Source: Octopus sinensis (Eukaryota). Taken from it: 64,000 nucleotides of DNA. The notes under the pieces are model-generated. The model saw only the letters and a program-made list of their open reading frames with translations. It did not search any database and was not told the origin of the DNA. How positions within the stretch are numbered: position 1 is the stretch's first letter; each line of letters opens with the position of its first letter. The position numbers were made by a program, and so were the translations under genes. Positions 13,072-27,336 of the stretch are shown in pieces. The DNA lies in NCBI RefSeq assembly GCF_006345805.1, contig NC_043018.1, positions 14,012,001 to 14,076,000 of the forward strand, in the 5' to 3' direction.

Positions 13072-13576
13072 TGCGCCATTTTCAAGCCTAGCCAGGCTCA
13101 TGGGCCCGGTTTCTATGGCGTATGTTCCCCCCCCTCCCCCAGCTGGACGGGACGCCAGTCCATCGCAGCGTTCCTCAAGAAACAGGAAGAGAGAGTGAGA
13201 GAAAGTTGGGGCGAACGAGTACAACAGGGGTCGCCACCATCCCCTGTCGGAACCGCGCGGAGCTTTTAGGTGTTTTCGCTCAATAAACACACACAACGCC
13301 CGGTCTGGGAATCGAAACCGCGATCCTCCGACCGCGAGTCCGCTGCCCTAACCACTGGGCCATTGTGCCTCCACTGCGCCCTTTTAAAGCCTAGCCAGGC
13401 TCATGGGTCCGGTGTCCCGGTTTCAATGGCGTATGGGTTACCCAGCTGAGTGAACTGGAGCAACGTGAAATGAAGTGTTTTGCTCAAGAACACAACGCGT
13501 CCCCCGGTCCAGGAATCGAAACCACAGTCTTACGATCATGATGCTGACACCCTAACCACTAAGCCACGCGCCTCCA
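13072..13576 (-). mobile_element. two tandem SINE family C variants
   Basis: Two tRNA-like heads (ending near 13373 and 13576), each with the AGCCTAGCCAGGCTCATGGG tail. Flanked by (CTA)n and (ATT)n. Confidence 0.8.
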
Positions 13577-14703
13577 CATTATTATTATTATTATTATTAT
13601 TATTAATAATATTATTATTATTATTATTAACAGTGTATTTTCACCGGTGTAAGTGGTGAACACCACACATTATACCAGTGTACACATACACTTATATACA
13701 TTCATGTATTTGTGTGCGTGTGTGTGTGTGGGGGGGTTCGTATTTATACATAGGGAGAGAAGGAGAATGTGGAGAGAATTGGAAGAAAGACAAAAAGAAA
13801 TTGTAGTGGAGAGTGGAGATTTTCCGATGTTTCGCACAAAATCCCTTCTTTAAAGTTTAGATGACGTGGTGGTGAAGTAGTAGTAGTGATGGTGGTGGTG
13901 AGGTAGTAGTAGGAGGAGGAGAAGGAGAAGAAAAAGAAGAAAAGGAAGAAAAAGAAAAGGAAGAAGAAGAAAAAGAAGAAAAAGAAAAAGAAGAAGAAGA
14001 AGGAGAATGTTCGATTATTGAAGGGAATGGAAACGGAAGAAGGCATAAGAATTATTGTTTTGAGAAAAGTGGGAAGAAGAGAGCAGAGGAAGAATGAGTA
14101 AGAATCGTTTTATTCTAAGATAAGAATAAGAAAGCATTCGCGAATAAACGGAAATGAACGAAACTGAAATGCACGAAAGGGAAAAAGAAGGATTCACGGG
14201 GAAGGGAAAATAGCAAGGAAAAGTGGTTGAAAGAAAGTTAGCAAGTGTGGAGGAAATTACACAACGATTTGAAGAAAGGATGGAGTTGAAATGCAAAATG
14301 CGAATGTGCAGGAATGGGTACCATTAGAAGTGAAAAGTTCAAATTTAAATTCTTCAATATATTAATGGAAGCAACAGACCAAATAAGAACACGATAAGTA
14401 ATGCGATCGAATAAATGGAATCAAAGGAGATATTTTTTAATGGTAGAAGAAATGAAAAATGTCATCGAGAAATCAATTTGAAGATATATTTTTTTTAGAA
14501 ACGTGCCTAGAAATATGATAATTTGGTTCTTTAATTTAATTCATGTAAGAACTGAAATAACATTAAATTTCTTTCAGTTGAAGTCAGATTCGGCAAAATA
14601 TTCAACGAGAGAAAACATGTTGGTAGGACGAAACGTGTGCCCTGAGATGCAAATTTAGATATATACATATACATATACATACATACATACATACATACAT
14701 ACA

Positions 14704-14739
<36 letters not shown>

Positions 14740-14745
14740 TATATA

Positions 14746-14789
<44 letters not shown>

Positions 14790-14912
14790 TTTAGATTTTT
14801 TAATACAGATGGTTCAATGAAGAAATGGCGAAATACATTCAGAAAACGGAGTAAAAAAATAAGGGTTGCAATCTGCCACAGTGCAACGAATAACAAATCT
14901 TTCATACTCCGG

Positions 14913-14966
<54 letters not shown>

Positions 14967-14992
14967 TACTACTACCACTACTACTACTACTG

Positions 14993-15162
14993 ATAGATCG
15001 TTAGCCACTACACATTCTTTATTTTCGCTCCTTGTTTCTTTCTGAGGAAGAGCGTAGGCTCGAAACGTTAAAGGCTTTTTCAGTTCCCGAGCGTTAAACT
15101 AACGCATCTGTTTGTTGTCTACACCACCTTTCTTCGTCTTTTTTTTGTGAATTCTTTCCCTG
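14993..15162 (+). mobile_element. short PLE-derived element with minimal hammerhead (family H2)
   Basis: Lies between (CTA)n and (TA)n. Homologous to 58165-58390. HHR at 15038-15073: CUUU-CUGAGGA-A-GAGC-GUAG-GCUC-GAAAC-GUU/AAAG. Confidence 0.7.
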
Positions 15163-15349
15163 TATATATATATATATATACGCTTAATAAGATCAACTTT
15201 TAGTTGCTCTAGAGCAGTTCTATATTTTATCACTAATTCAGTTCTCAACCAAATTCAATGTAGTCCTTTTAGCAGTCATGGGCTGATCTTCAGCTACATT
15301 TTTAGATAGAATAATTGAAATTTGGTTCACTAAAAGACAGAAGGGTTAA

Positions 15350-16597
15350 AATATGAGGTCAAAAATGGGAGAATAAGGCGAAAAATTAATTTAATAAAAA
15401 TATCTGTTATTTTAAACGAATGTGCCCATCTAGAAGATATTTTGGTGTAAACCTCATTAAAAAGTATTAGCTACGAAGCATGTAGGGTAGCTTTAAGTGA
15501 CGAAACAAATAGTAAGTAACCCCCACTACCAATATGAGTTTGAGTCAAAATATCCCGGCTATTGTTAGCGAAAACTATACAATAGTTGTGTTCAAATGAA
15601 AGAGCTATATGAGATGAAACTTATAGGTGAAAACCTTGTCAAAATTATTAGCCACAAAGAAGTGGTGTGACTTAAGTGACGGAAAAAAGTGATCATTTTC
15701 GCAAATCAAAATATTGTCATTTTAAGATATCTAGCAGTATAAAAGAATATACTTGTCACAGAGCGTTTAACCAGAGTATGAAGGATTTGTTGTTCGTTAC
15801 GCTGTAGCAGCTTGCTACCCATATTTTTTTACTCCGTTTTTTGAGGGTATTTCGCCAATCTTCTAAGCTGTTTTCGCAGCTATTCTGCGTTCGTTATTTA
15901 CTTCAGATGAAGGAATTTCATGAGAAGAATATAATGGTGAAATATTTGTGAAGAAATATTAGTTACAAACAAAGTTGTGTGGTTTTAAGTGTAAGTGACG
16001 AAAACAGTGTCAATCTTCAGAATTCAAAAATGTTTGTCATTTTAAGAGTAAGATAATACTATTTGAAGTGAAATGAAAAAGTTTGTCGAGATGAATATTT
16101 TGGAAAACCCATTGAAAAAGCATAAACATTGTGATTTCTTATCAATTTTTATGATCTGTATATTTATTAGAATATGTACGTATTAAACATATCAAAATAA
16201 AACATTCATTCATTAAAAGACTAATTATTAATTACTTAATTAGAATACATTGTTTTATTATAAAATTTGTTTTCAAAGAATATTTCTTTTTACAGATATG
16301 CTGCTATTTACTAATCGCTAGTTAGTTTTCGATGCAAACAAAATTTCTGAGTTTCAACAAAATCATTATATGAAAAAATTACAATTATATCAGTTTCCCC
16401 AATTATAAAGTTAGATATAATTATATATATGATAGAAGCATTACCTGGAAAAATAGTCGAGTTCAATGAAAAATATGGACATAGAATCCTTGAATATTCT
16501 TAGGAATTGAACATGGAAAATTACAGAACAATCAGTAGTTAAGATTATTTTATAAATATATATGTAAATAACACAATATATATATATAATATATATT

Positions 16598-16631
<34 letters not shown>

Positions 16632-16658
16632 GTGCATATATGTATATTTATATATATA

Positions 16659-16696
<38 letters not shown>

Positions 16697-17127
16697 ATAT
16701 TCATAACTACTTCTTTTAATATATACATACATATGTGTGTGTGTTTGTGTGTATGCGCATGCGTGTATTCGTATATATATGCCTGTGGGTGCGTTTATGT
16801 GTGTACGTGTATATAAACAAAAATAGATTTTTCACATTTCTCTAACGTTACATGTATTGTTTCGTATATTCTAATTCATCGCAAATATTCTTTTGTGTTA
16901 AAGAAAATATGATAATAAAATTCGTCTATTGTTCCTTGTTCTCCCCTCATAAACATACATTTTGCTTTGCTCTCCACAAACTTACCATTCTGTGTCACTC
17001 TTTCTATCACTTTTTTACTTTTTCAGTTTTTTCATATATTTGCACATGACCCTATTTTTAACAAACATTTAGTTAGGATATTCAAAGAAATATATATATA
17101 TATATACAGACACGCACACACACACAA

Positions 17128-17158
<31 letters not shown>

Positions 17159-17433
17159 CGTATTTATATATGTATGAACTTGTATGTATAAGCATATACC
17201 ATTGGATGTGTGTCAATTTATTTGTAAAATAATGAATAAACTTGGATGCTGTAACTTCGACTGCCTGAATAACATCCATTAAATGCATAGAATTTGTTTC
17301 TGTCAAACATACATGCATACATGCATGTATTTACATATACACTTACACCCACACACACTTCGTCTTTTGTTTATTTTCGTAAACCTTCCCGTTATATATA
17401 TATATATATGTTTATGTCTATATACAAAACTGA

Positions 17434-17483
<50 letters not shown>

Positions 17484-17536
17484 GCGTGTATATTTACAGG
17501 CATATGTGCATAATATATATATATAAGAATGAATTT

Positions 17537-17570
<34 letters not shown>

Positions 17571-19912
17571 CCTGTAAGATTTTCTTTTTCTGTGTATTTA
17601 TTTTTCAGTTAAAGATTTCTAATATTTTGATTTAAATAAATGTGTCGTTTCATTTCACTTTTAGAAAAGCCATTAACGGCGTTATGTGTTTTATTGCTTA
17701 TTGGTTTTCCCATAAAGAAATATTCGCTCCCTATGTCATTCAACAGCACAACTAATTGGCCATTTGATAATGAAAAATAATATATTTAAACATACAATAA
17801 TAAAATAGCCATACATATATGTATATGTGGATTTATAAAAGTGTGTGTGGGAGCACGTTGGTACACACGTATGTCAGTGTGTCCTTGGTGGGGATGTTCA
17901 ATTTACTGCTAAATTATATATTTGTTGTTGGCGTTTCCCTGGCTACTGTTATTGTCGTTGACAATATGGTATTTATTGTCCTTTCGAAATAGGCTTAAAT
18001 CTCATTTATGTTGTGTGTGTGTATGTGTATATGTGGGAGTGTTTATGTTGTGTGTGCACGTGTTTGTATTCTTGCATGTAGCTATATATGCATTTATATA
18101 CGCATATACATACATGCATACACACATACATACATAAATACATACATACATACATACATACAAACATACATACATATATACATACATACATTCATACTTA
18201 CATGCATATATATATATATATGTATGTATGTATATACATGAAAATAGCTGTTTGCTTCAACAACCATTTTTGATTCTTTACCTTTCGTCTTCTCTTGTTG
18301 ATTTTGACATTAGGAGTGCATTGTTGATTGTAAATTTGAACTAAACACCAGGTATGACGCCATTTTGTTTTCGGTAATTTTATCTACGTGCATAAATAGA
18401 ATTATTTAATGAAATTTCATTCTTACATTTTTTGTTGCTTTTTTTTTAGTTTTTATTTCCTCATCATAAATGAGACTGCATAAACATGTCCATTTACTCG
18501 AATGAAAAATGCGGGTGCAGAATCCTAGAATATTCTTAACTATTGAACCTGGAAAAGAACAGAACAAGCGGTAATTAAGCCTGGAAGAATACAGGACAAT
18601 AAGAAAAGATGCTAAAATATTTCTGCTGAAGTTAGAATTTAAAAACTAAAATAGCAATATATGACCTTAAATATTTTTAAATTTTTATTTAAAGGTTACT
18701 TAAGAATTAGAATACTCAAGATCCTACTTATTTTATATTTTAGGAAAAAGACTATTTGCCTTGAAGTTTACCCATTCAAAATTTGATATTACAAATTTAC
18801 ATATATATTTTAAAAATAATCACGATAAGAATTTAATTAACAATTATAATCATTAAGTGTTGTAAAGCAAGCTAGACACTCATTTCTACATTTTGCATTC
18901 AATTTATTTATCAGCTTTAATTAAAAAACAATATTATTTCAATTGTAGATAGAACATACTTTTTTCATCTGATAAGGCAAACTTTAAAGAAATTAATTCA
19001 TTTGTTTCTTCAATAAAATGTTTAGTTTTACTATTCTTTACACTGTTGAATTACACATATTCTACATAAGTTTAATTTTATAACTCAAGATCTGTGATTT
19101 AATTCTTTTTTGGGTAATGAGTTTTCTTCAAGAAATTTGCAAAAACAAAAGCGAAAAATATAAAAAAACAACAACAAAATACTGCATACGCTTTTTGATG
19201 AACAATTTCAGAAATTAATTTAGCAAACTACAGCAGCAATATTTTGAAATTTGTTTTCTTCTCCTGTACTTTTCCAGACTTAATAACTGCTTGTTCTGTA
19301 CTTTTCCAGGTTCAAGACTTAAAGTATTCTAGGTTCCTGCGACTGCATTTTTCATTGTGGTCCACTTTTTACCAACGATTCTGTTATAATAATTGGTTAT
19401 ATTTACTTTTGTAATTGAGAAAATGATACCAATGTAACTATTTTTTAAATGTGGAATTTGTTCAAATTTAGAAATTTTGTTTTCACCTAAAAATAACTAA
19501 GGATTAATAGCGGCATATTTGTTACAAATAAATATATTTTTAAACAATTTTTACTGAAAAATAGTTATCTTTTAATTAAATGATTAATGATTAGTTTTTG
19601 TAATGAAGGAATTTTTTGTTCTATTCTAATTAATAAGATAATAACTTTCACTTAAAAAGACAAAATTATTTTGAATTCTTAAAATTATCATCTTTTTCTC
19701 AATCACTAAAAGCCTTGCAACATTTGTTGTAATTAATATTTCTTGACAAATATTTCACCATTATATTCTTCTCAAGGATCTCTTTCATCTGAAGCGCAGA
19801 AGAGCTGTGATAAACAGCTCAGAAGATTGGGAAAATACATTTAGAAAAGGGAGAATTAAAGTGAGCAGTGAATTGCCAGTGTATCGAACTCCGTACCTTT
19901 CATATTCTGGAT
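15350..19912. repeat. old AT-rich element with long diverged inverted repeats and sub-repeats (foldback/DNA-transposon-like)
   Basis: 15767-16055 is the reverse complement of 19645-19912. 16464-16545 and 18500-18600 are reverse complements of 19262-19355. Three sub-repeats begin GGTG(T/A)AA at about 15444, 15626 and 15936. Confidence 0.55.
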
Positions 19913-19914
19913 AA

Positions 19915-20185
19915 TGTTGCTACGTTCTGAGTTCAAATTCTACCGAGGTCGACTTTGCCTTTCATCCTCTCGGGATCGATTAAATAAATACCAAGCAAGC
20001 GCTGTGGTCTATGTAATCGACTGATTCTCACTCACCCGAAATGAATGGCTTGGTTCCTAAATTTGAAATCAGTATTATCTTTATTAAAACTGGGAGCTGG
20101 CAGAACCGTTATCACGCCGGGAAAAATGCTTAGTGGCATATGTTTCCGTTCTGAGTTCAAATACCGCCGAAATCGGCTTTATCTG
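19915..20185 (+). mobile_element. two SINE family B fragments
   Basis: Body fragment at 19915-20070 and head fragment at 20090-20185. Confidence 0.7.
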
Positions 20186-20768
20186 TAACCCTTGAAGTAT
20201 GTCCCAAACATATTTAAACTAACGTAAAGTTTGCATATAAACGATGTGTTTTATGCTGATTTGAACACCTTCCATGAAATGCAATATTATTTTTATATCT
20301 TTAAACATGCTTTATATTCTAATCCATTTATATTTACTACATGCATGGATAGAAGATGAACGAATAGAGGCATTTGAAACTAAACAATAACATACAATTT
20401 ATCTTTACATTCCGAGCGAATAAGATGAAAGAAAATGAAGAATATCTAACAATATCTTTGATGCTTCTCATTTGATTTCTTCAACATATATTGTTCCAAA
20501 ATATTCAAGAGTCAGTGGATTTGCCGCCGGAAACTATATGTATGAATGGAAATCTTAATTTTACCTCACGTCTATTGAAGTCAAAATATGGAACGATAAC
20601 GAACTAGGAGGTAACACCTGAAGATACAGTACGATGCATAAATGTATGCATATGTGTCCGTGTGTGAGTGTGTGCGTGAGTGTGTACTGTGTGTATATAT
20701 GTGTGTGCATACATACATATATATATATTAATGCATATATATGAGTGTATACCTACATGCATATTTCC

Positions 20769-20801
<33 letters not shown>

Positions 20802-20984
20802 CCATATTATTATTAATAAATGTATATGTGTAAAAATATATTCTATACATGAGTGTATATATATATATCTGTGTGTGTGTGTATACATACTTATCGCTTC
20901 ATATACTCATATACACACACATGCGCATACTGACTGTGTGTTTATACATACATATATACATATAAGTACATATAGTACATATAT

Positions 20985-21058
<74 letters not shown>

Positions 21059-21801
21059 TTTGTGTATGTGTATGTGTAAGTTAGTGTAAGCAACAATAAT
21101 CTTCCTGCCGAATGGTTCCTTAATTCCATGGTTAACATCAGAACTAATGCAGTCGCTTTTGCTTAACGAGATGTTATGACTTACAATATAAATATACTCC
21201 ACTAGTAGCAAAGTTTTATACTTTGATCATAATAGCTATTGGGAAAATTCTTGAGATTGCTAGTCTCTGAGAGGCCAATTACAGTCTATCCTTAAAGACG
21301 AGCTCGGGAGTCAGTTATCCACTCTAATATGGTAGTTCTCGACACGACACTTAATTTTCAATATCTAAAATTTACGGGTTATCATACTAATGATTTTTAC
21401 TAACGGTAACGTTGATAAAAAGAAACTACAAAGAAACGAGTCTATTACGTCAAGACCCTTCGTGTTTTTGATATTGTTTAGCCCCAGGTCGGCGTTGATT
21501 AAGAAGACCTATGAGCAGATATGTTTTAGATTTTATCACACATTTTTTTTATTATTTTCTTGTTACTGCTGATGTTGTTATTCTTGCTTTCTACGCCTAC
21601 GTTGTTTAACGAATCGTCTTCATTTTTGAATAACAGTTGCTGAAACAGTGGAAAATATTTGCGCTAAAGATCCATGTTCTTACTATTGTTGTTGGTATTT
21701 AGCTCTGACTCTGCACTGATTGAACAGATCTAGCATATGTGATAAAATAGGTTCCACATGTGACCATCTTGTTAGTCTATTATTCTTTCATATACAATTG
21801 G

Positions 21802-21956
21802 CAGAGGCGTGTGGTAGGTGGTCTGCTTCACAACTACATGTTTGTGGGTTCCGTTCCACTGCATGGCACCTTGAGCGGGTTTTTTTACTCTATAACTCCT
21901 GATTAAGCAGAATCCTCGTGAGTGAATTTGGCAGACGGAAACTGAGAGAATCCATT

Positions 21957-21958
<2 letters not shown>
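21802..21958 (+). mobile_element. diverged SINE family A 5' half
   Basis: CAACTACATG...CCACTGCATGGCACCTTG...GTGAGTGAATTTGGCAGACGGAAACTGA. Confidence 0.7.
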
Positions 21959-22049
<91 letters not shown>

Positions 22050-22174
22050 ATATGGTGGTTGTCTACTCCTCATGCAGAGTCTGACTACCTCTTGTGCTTA
22101 CACCTTAGATGCATCAGGACATCTGATGGGATTTGTCAAACCAGATGTTGTATCGAAAAAGACACCCACATAGA

Positions 22175-22272
22175 TTACTAAATCTGTATTAAACCAATAA
22201 TAATTACTAAATCTGTATTAAACCAATAATAATTACTAAATCTGTATTAAAGAAATAATAATTTGCTAAATT
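22175..22272. repeat. 29-bp minisatellite, about 3.3 copies
   Basis: Unit TTACTAAATCTGTATTAAACCAATAATAA repeated in tandem. Confidence 0.9.
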
Positions 22273-22982
22273 AGTGTCAATATTAAGTTTAAAACAAGGC
22301 GGCGATCCGGCAGAATCGTTAACACGCGGGCAAAATGCTTAGTAGAATTTCATCTGCTTTTACGGTTTGAGATCAAATTCTCTCTCTCTCAGTTTTATAT
22401 ATACAGATTGTCAGAGAGATAAATACATAGAGTGAGAGGGATGCATATATTATGTATATATGTGTGCATGTACGTATCGACTGACTCAAGTATAGTGTGA
22501 TATATGTCTGCGTTTGTGTAAGTATTTCTGGAAAGCTTTTGCTTTTTTTAAACCAGTTGAGAACTCTAGATATAAAAAATATATAAAACATCAAACATAA
22601 AATATGAGTGCATAACAGATACCTTGTTTGTTGTTAATATTCAATTCCTTAATGCCTTTAATACTCGGTGAAATAGCAGCCTTACAACATCCCCACATAA
22701 TAACATAAAAGTAGCCGAAATCTGCATTTAAATGATTGCTTGCCCTATGTACAGAAATTTGTCCTCCATTTTTTTCTCCAAATGGCAATCGAAACAGTTC
22801 GGCGTTTGGGCTGAACTGCTGTCCACTTACACATTAAAGTTCATATTACTTTGTGCATTCACCGTGCATATCCAGTTTAGCCTACCACTCTAAAATAAGT
22901 GCAGTCCACATGAAAAGGGGTCACAGTTCCTTTCAATCCGATTTTATTCATAGTAGTGAGGTTGTCCCAGCATTGCAGGGCT

Positions 22983-23424
22983 CTTTTACTCTTTTACTCT
23001 TTTACTCTTTTACTTGTTTCAGTCATTTGACAGCGGCCATGCTGGAGCTCCGCCTTTCGTCGATCAGATCGACCCCAGGACTTATTGTTTGTAAGCTTAG
23101 TACTTATTCTATCGGTCTCTTTTTGCCGAACTGCTAAGTTACAGGGACGTAAACACACCAGCATCGGTTGTCAGGCGATGTTGGGGGGGGGGCAAACACA
23201 GACACACAAACATACACAAACACACACACAAATATACACGCACAAACACTCACACACACACACACACACACGCACACACACACACATATATATATATACG
23301 ACGGGCGTATACCAAATCCATTCACAAGGCTTTGGTCGGCCCGAGGCTATAGTAGAAGACACTTCCCAAGGTGCCACCCAGTGGGAATGAACCCGGAAGC
23401 ATGTGGCGGGTAAGCAAGCTACTT
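22983..23424 (-). mobile_element. SINE family A, 3' part; its head continues at 24973-25011
   Basis: Full tail with (CTTTTA)n and an internal (CA)n/(TA)n tract. Split by the 23425-24972 insertion. Confidence 0.85.
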
Positions 23425-24972
23425 TTATTCATTAAATTTGCCATGTAGGCAGCACATAGATAAGGTAGCTTTGCGGGTTGCACATAGACATTGATGAGGC
23501 GAATGATTATGAATTAAAAATGATAAATGTCGGAAAAGACGGACAGCGCCCGCCGAAACCTCTGCTTCTCTAAAACATTGTTCTTTTAAAAACATCATAT
23601 ACAGAGGTATTAACCCTCTTACAATTTAAAATACAATATATTTGGACTAAAAAGCCCATACAATTATAAAACACAATTTATACACAAATTGGAGGCGATA
23701 AACCTCTACAATCCTTCCCCGAGTAATTTTCTTGCAACTTGCAGGCATTCCTGCAACCGCAATCCGGGGCTCCAAAAAGGAATTCTATAATTCTCGTTTT
23801 TACACGACTCAATTATGAGATGACAGTCCTTTCTTTCCAGCGCCAGAGCAGTCCCCTGCGGGAGGCCACTCTGGGCTATCAATACAAGTCGGGTCTCCTA
23901 GGACCCGATTATCCATATTATTCTCCACGAAATTGTCAATAGCACCTCCCCTGAAATAGCAGAACATATATTCTTCACCACTTTCACTGGGTGGGGACTC
24001 AACTCCCTCACTCGGTGGCACACATCCCACTGATAAGGTTATCTTCTTTCCCCCCTCCGGTGGCACACATACCTTTACGACGGGAGGGTGTAGTTCCTCC
24101 GACATCGCCGGAGGACCCTCTCCGCCCCCCACCCCCGCCGTCTCAGGATCCTTTCTCCCCCTCCAAAGGCATGCTCGCAAAATAACGAGCTTCCGCAGGG
24201 GTGTCAAAATGTTCACACACAGTTCCATACTTCGCACCCCTGCCGATAAACCTAACAGTTGGCTGATAATCTACCAACTCTTCCTCAATTTCTTCCTCAG
24301 AGAAGACCTTGATGGTGTCAAGGACCCTGTAATAGGTCCTTAACACCACCATTCTCTCCGTATAATTTTTCAACCATTCTTTGGGGCCAAAATTTACCAC
24401 TCCAATGCGGATTTCCCAGTTGTCATGTTGATAGCCAATACAAAAATAAAAATCCACAAACAAATATCAAACTGTTCAAATGAAAATCTATAAAGAAACT
24501 AAAAAAAAATCAGAAAGACAGACAGGAGAAGAAAGAGCGAAGGAAAATAATCCAAAATGGCAACACAACACAATTCTGCTACTCTGGTAATCCAAACTGG
24601 TAGTCCTTCGCAGCACAAATAGTATTCCGTCCAACCCTGGCTGTACTCCTATCATTTATGGTAAAAATCCACTTGAAGGGGTACAAAAACAGTCATAGAA
24701 AAATTCCAAATAAATTTTCGGACGGACACGCCTCTCGAAAACATACAATTCTCACTAAAATGTGAGTCTTTTAGTGCGACCTCTGGCAAAGAAATGTCTG
24801 GAACCCAGTGGAGACCCTTCTTCGAAAAAATAATAACCATACGGACAACAGACTTCCCTAAGCTCCCCCCCAAAAACAAATGCTTTAGCTGTGGTCGTGC
24901 TTCAAAAGTTAAATCTTTTACGTACGACGTGACTTCCATCGCGACGAAAAACAACACGACAACTTGATAGCA
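23425..24972 (-). mobile_element. 1.55-kb internally deleted non-LTR-type element with an ORF1-like remnant and 15-bp TSD
   Basis: GTAAGCAAGCTACTT occurs at 23410-23424 and 24973-24987. The minus strand ends in AATGAATAA adjacent to the TSD. Broken minus-strand ORFs at 23809-24463 have normal complexity. Confidence 0.7.
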
Positions 24973-25299
24973 GTAAGCAAGCTACTTACCACACAGCCAC
25001 TCCTGCGCCTAGTAGAAAATATTAGAAAACAGAAGGAAGTATTTCCTTCAGATATCATAAAGTAAGATAGAATTCAGAATTGCATGATTTTGAATTGAAT
25101 ATTGGATTTCAATCAAATATTTTTTTAATTTAATCACTTTCAAAATTCAATAATTTCCATCTGAATCACACTTTTAGATTAATCATTCACATATGATGAA
25201 GATTATTCAATTTAAGAACTGAATTACATAACACTTCTCGCTAAAGTAACGCTCTTCACTCTCTCACGTTAAGGCAATATTGACTGATAAAACAAATAG

Positions 25300-25680
25300 T
25301 GATTTCAAATTTTGGCACATGGCCAGCAATTCCGGGTGAGGGGATCGATCGATTACATCGACCCCAGTGCTTGGCTGTTACTTATTTTATCGATCCCGAA
25401 AGGAGTTGGAACTTAGAGCGCAAAGAAGGACAAAACGCTGTGAAGCATTTTGTCCGACGTAGTAACGATTCACTCAGCTCTCCGCCTTTCATAATACTAA
25501 TATTGGTTTCACATTTCGAGACAAGGCCAGCAATTTCGGAGGAGGGGAAAGTGCTCAAGTGGTACTTATTTTATCGATCCAAAAAGGACGAAAGGCAAAA
25601 TCGACCTCTGCGGAATTTAAACTCAGTGCAGACGGACGAAATACTGCTATGCATTTTGTCCGGCGTCCTAATGACCTTGC
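25300..25680 (-). mobile_element. two diverged SINE family B copies
   Basis: Reverse-complement body TACTTATTTTATCGATCC... and tail TTTCAAATTTTGGCAC, each present twice. Confidence 0.7.
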
Positions 25681-25725
25681 CTTCTTGGTAATATAAATAT
25701 TAATGAGATGAATTGACTGATAGTA

Positions 25726-26292
25726 TTGGGTTGTCCGGAAAGTTCGTGCCGATTCCTAGTAGCCTACCTTTCGACTTATTTTAGAACATGGTTGAGTCCA
25801 TAAAATAGGATTTGACTACACCTCCATTTAGAGCACAGTTTAAGCTATCTTTTCGTGGAAGAAGGTTTATGTTCCTATAACCTGGGTTAATTCTGTAACC
25901 CTTTGAAACAGAAGATAAGAAAGTTCATTTTCTGCACTTGATGCTTTGGGAACCAGACAAAATTGCTGCAGCTCGGCTAGGATGTGTTACCCCACCGTCC
26001 ATATTCACCAGATATTGCTCCTTCGGATTTCCACTTATTCAGGTCCCTGCAGAATAGTCTTAATGGTAAACATTTCAATTCCTTGGATGACGTAAAAAGA
26101 TACCATAATGAATTCTTCGTCATGAAACCACCTCAATTCTGTGAAGAGGGTATTTTTCAAGTTAAAGGGAAGATGGAGGACGCATTGTGCAACAAAATGG
26201 TTCATATTTGGTTGATTAAAAATATAATGGCAAGTATATATTGACCTTTTTCTTTCCTTTAAAAATCGGCACGAACTTTCCGGACAACCGAT
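25726..26292 (+). mobile_element. mariner deletion derivative (567 bp) with TIRs and TA TSD
   Basis: TIR TTGGGTTGTCCGGAAAGTTCGTGCCGATT and its inverse at 26263-26292, with TA on both sides. The remnant PHRPYSPDIAPSDFHLFRSLQN matches the mariner YSPDLAPSD motif. Confidence 0.92.
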
Positions 26293-26751
26293 TACAAATA
26301 GTAAGATGTCAGGTTACTAACAGCACTGAGAGCGGATGCGATCCAGCAAGGTCCAAACAAAAGGGTGGCGTTTTCGTTGTTGGAGACAAAATGAAAGCGT
26401 GTCTGTATCATTTATTTTGGAAACCGAAGCTTACTCAATGGTGTGTGGTTGCGATACAGTACGCTATTGATCAAAACGAATGAAATAAGGGAAAGAGCGC
26501 GATAATATACAAGCACAAATACTTCCCAAAACATGAAAGTATTAATCGGCTGCACATCATGATGTAATAGATCGCAAAATAGAAAATGTTCAGAATTTCA
26601 TTTAATATCCGTTTCCATTTATTCACGTAAAAAGAAATCACTAGTTATTTTCATTGCATCACTAACATGTTGCAAAACAAAAATTTAAGCACGGAAAACG
26701 GCTATTTTTGAGTTATTATTGTTAATGGAAAATATGAATGGCTTTTTCTTA

Positions 26752-26795
<44 letters not shown>

Positions 26796-26833
26796 TTTGG
26801 GCGGATAACTAAATTATGTACAGTTCTTGGTAT

Positions 26834-26891
26834 ATTTCATTGACGAAGGCAGAGTACTTTTATATAGAGCCAGAAACCCAGGGTCTGGAAT
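26834..26891 (+). ncRNA. type-I hammerhead motif (C3U)
   Basis: AUUUCA-UUGACGA-A-GGC...GCC-A-GAAAC-CCAGG-GUC/UGGAAU. Confidence 0.6.
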
Positions 26892-27336
26892 TATCCATTT
26901 TTTTAACTAGTTTATTTATTTATTTGTCTTTTCATCTTGTTCTGTACGGGATACATGCGCCGATGCTGCTTATCATCCCTAATTAGTGGTTTGAGTTTTC
27001 TGCTGCTCTTTCTAGCACAAGGCTTTCCTATTTGGAAGCCTCTTAATGTGTTTTAACATACACGATATTTTTATGTGAATAATATATAGTCTAATGACTA
27101 ATTCTTTTTTTGTGTGTGCTAGGCCACTGGTAATAATAATTTCTATAATTCTTATTACTCTAATATTTTTTATTATGTTTAAATATTTTTTGATAAATTT
27201 GTTCGAAATTTTCCCGGCATCTTCTCTGTCGCCGGAAAGAAGCTGCATCGGCGCAGTGGTTCTGAAAAGTTAGCAAATACAAGCAGCTAGTTTACGTGTA
27301 GATCTAGTTGTGTGTATATTTGAAATCTAAAGGTCC

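Noticed and set aside
22175-22272. 29-bp repeats as a CRISPR-like array
   Set aside because: The units are contiguous with no spacers, in a eukaryotic context.
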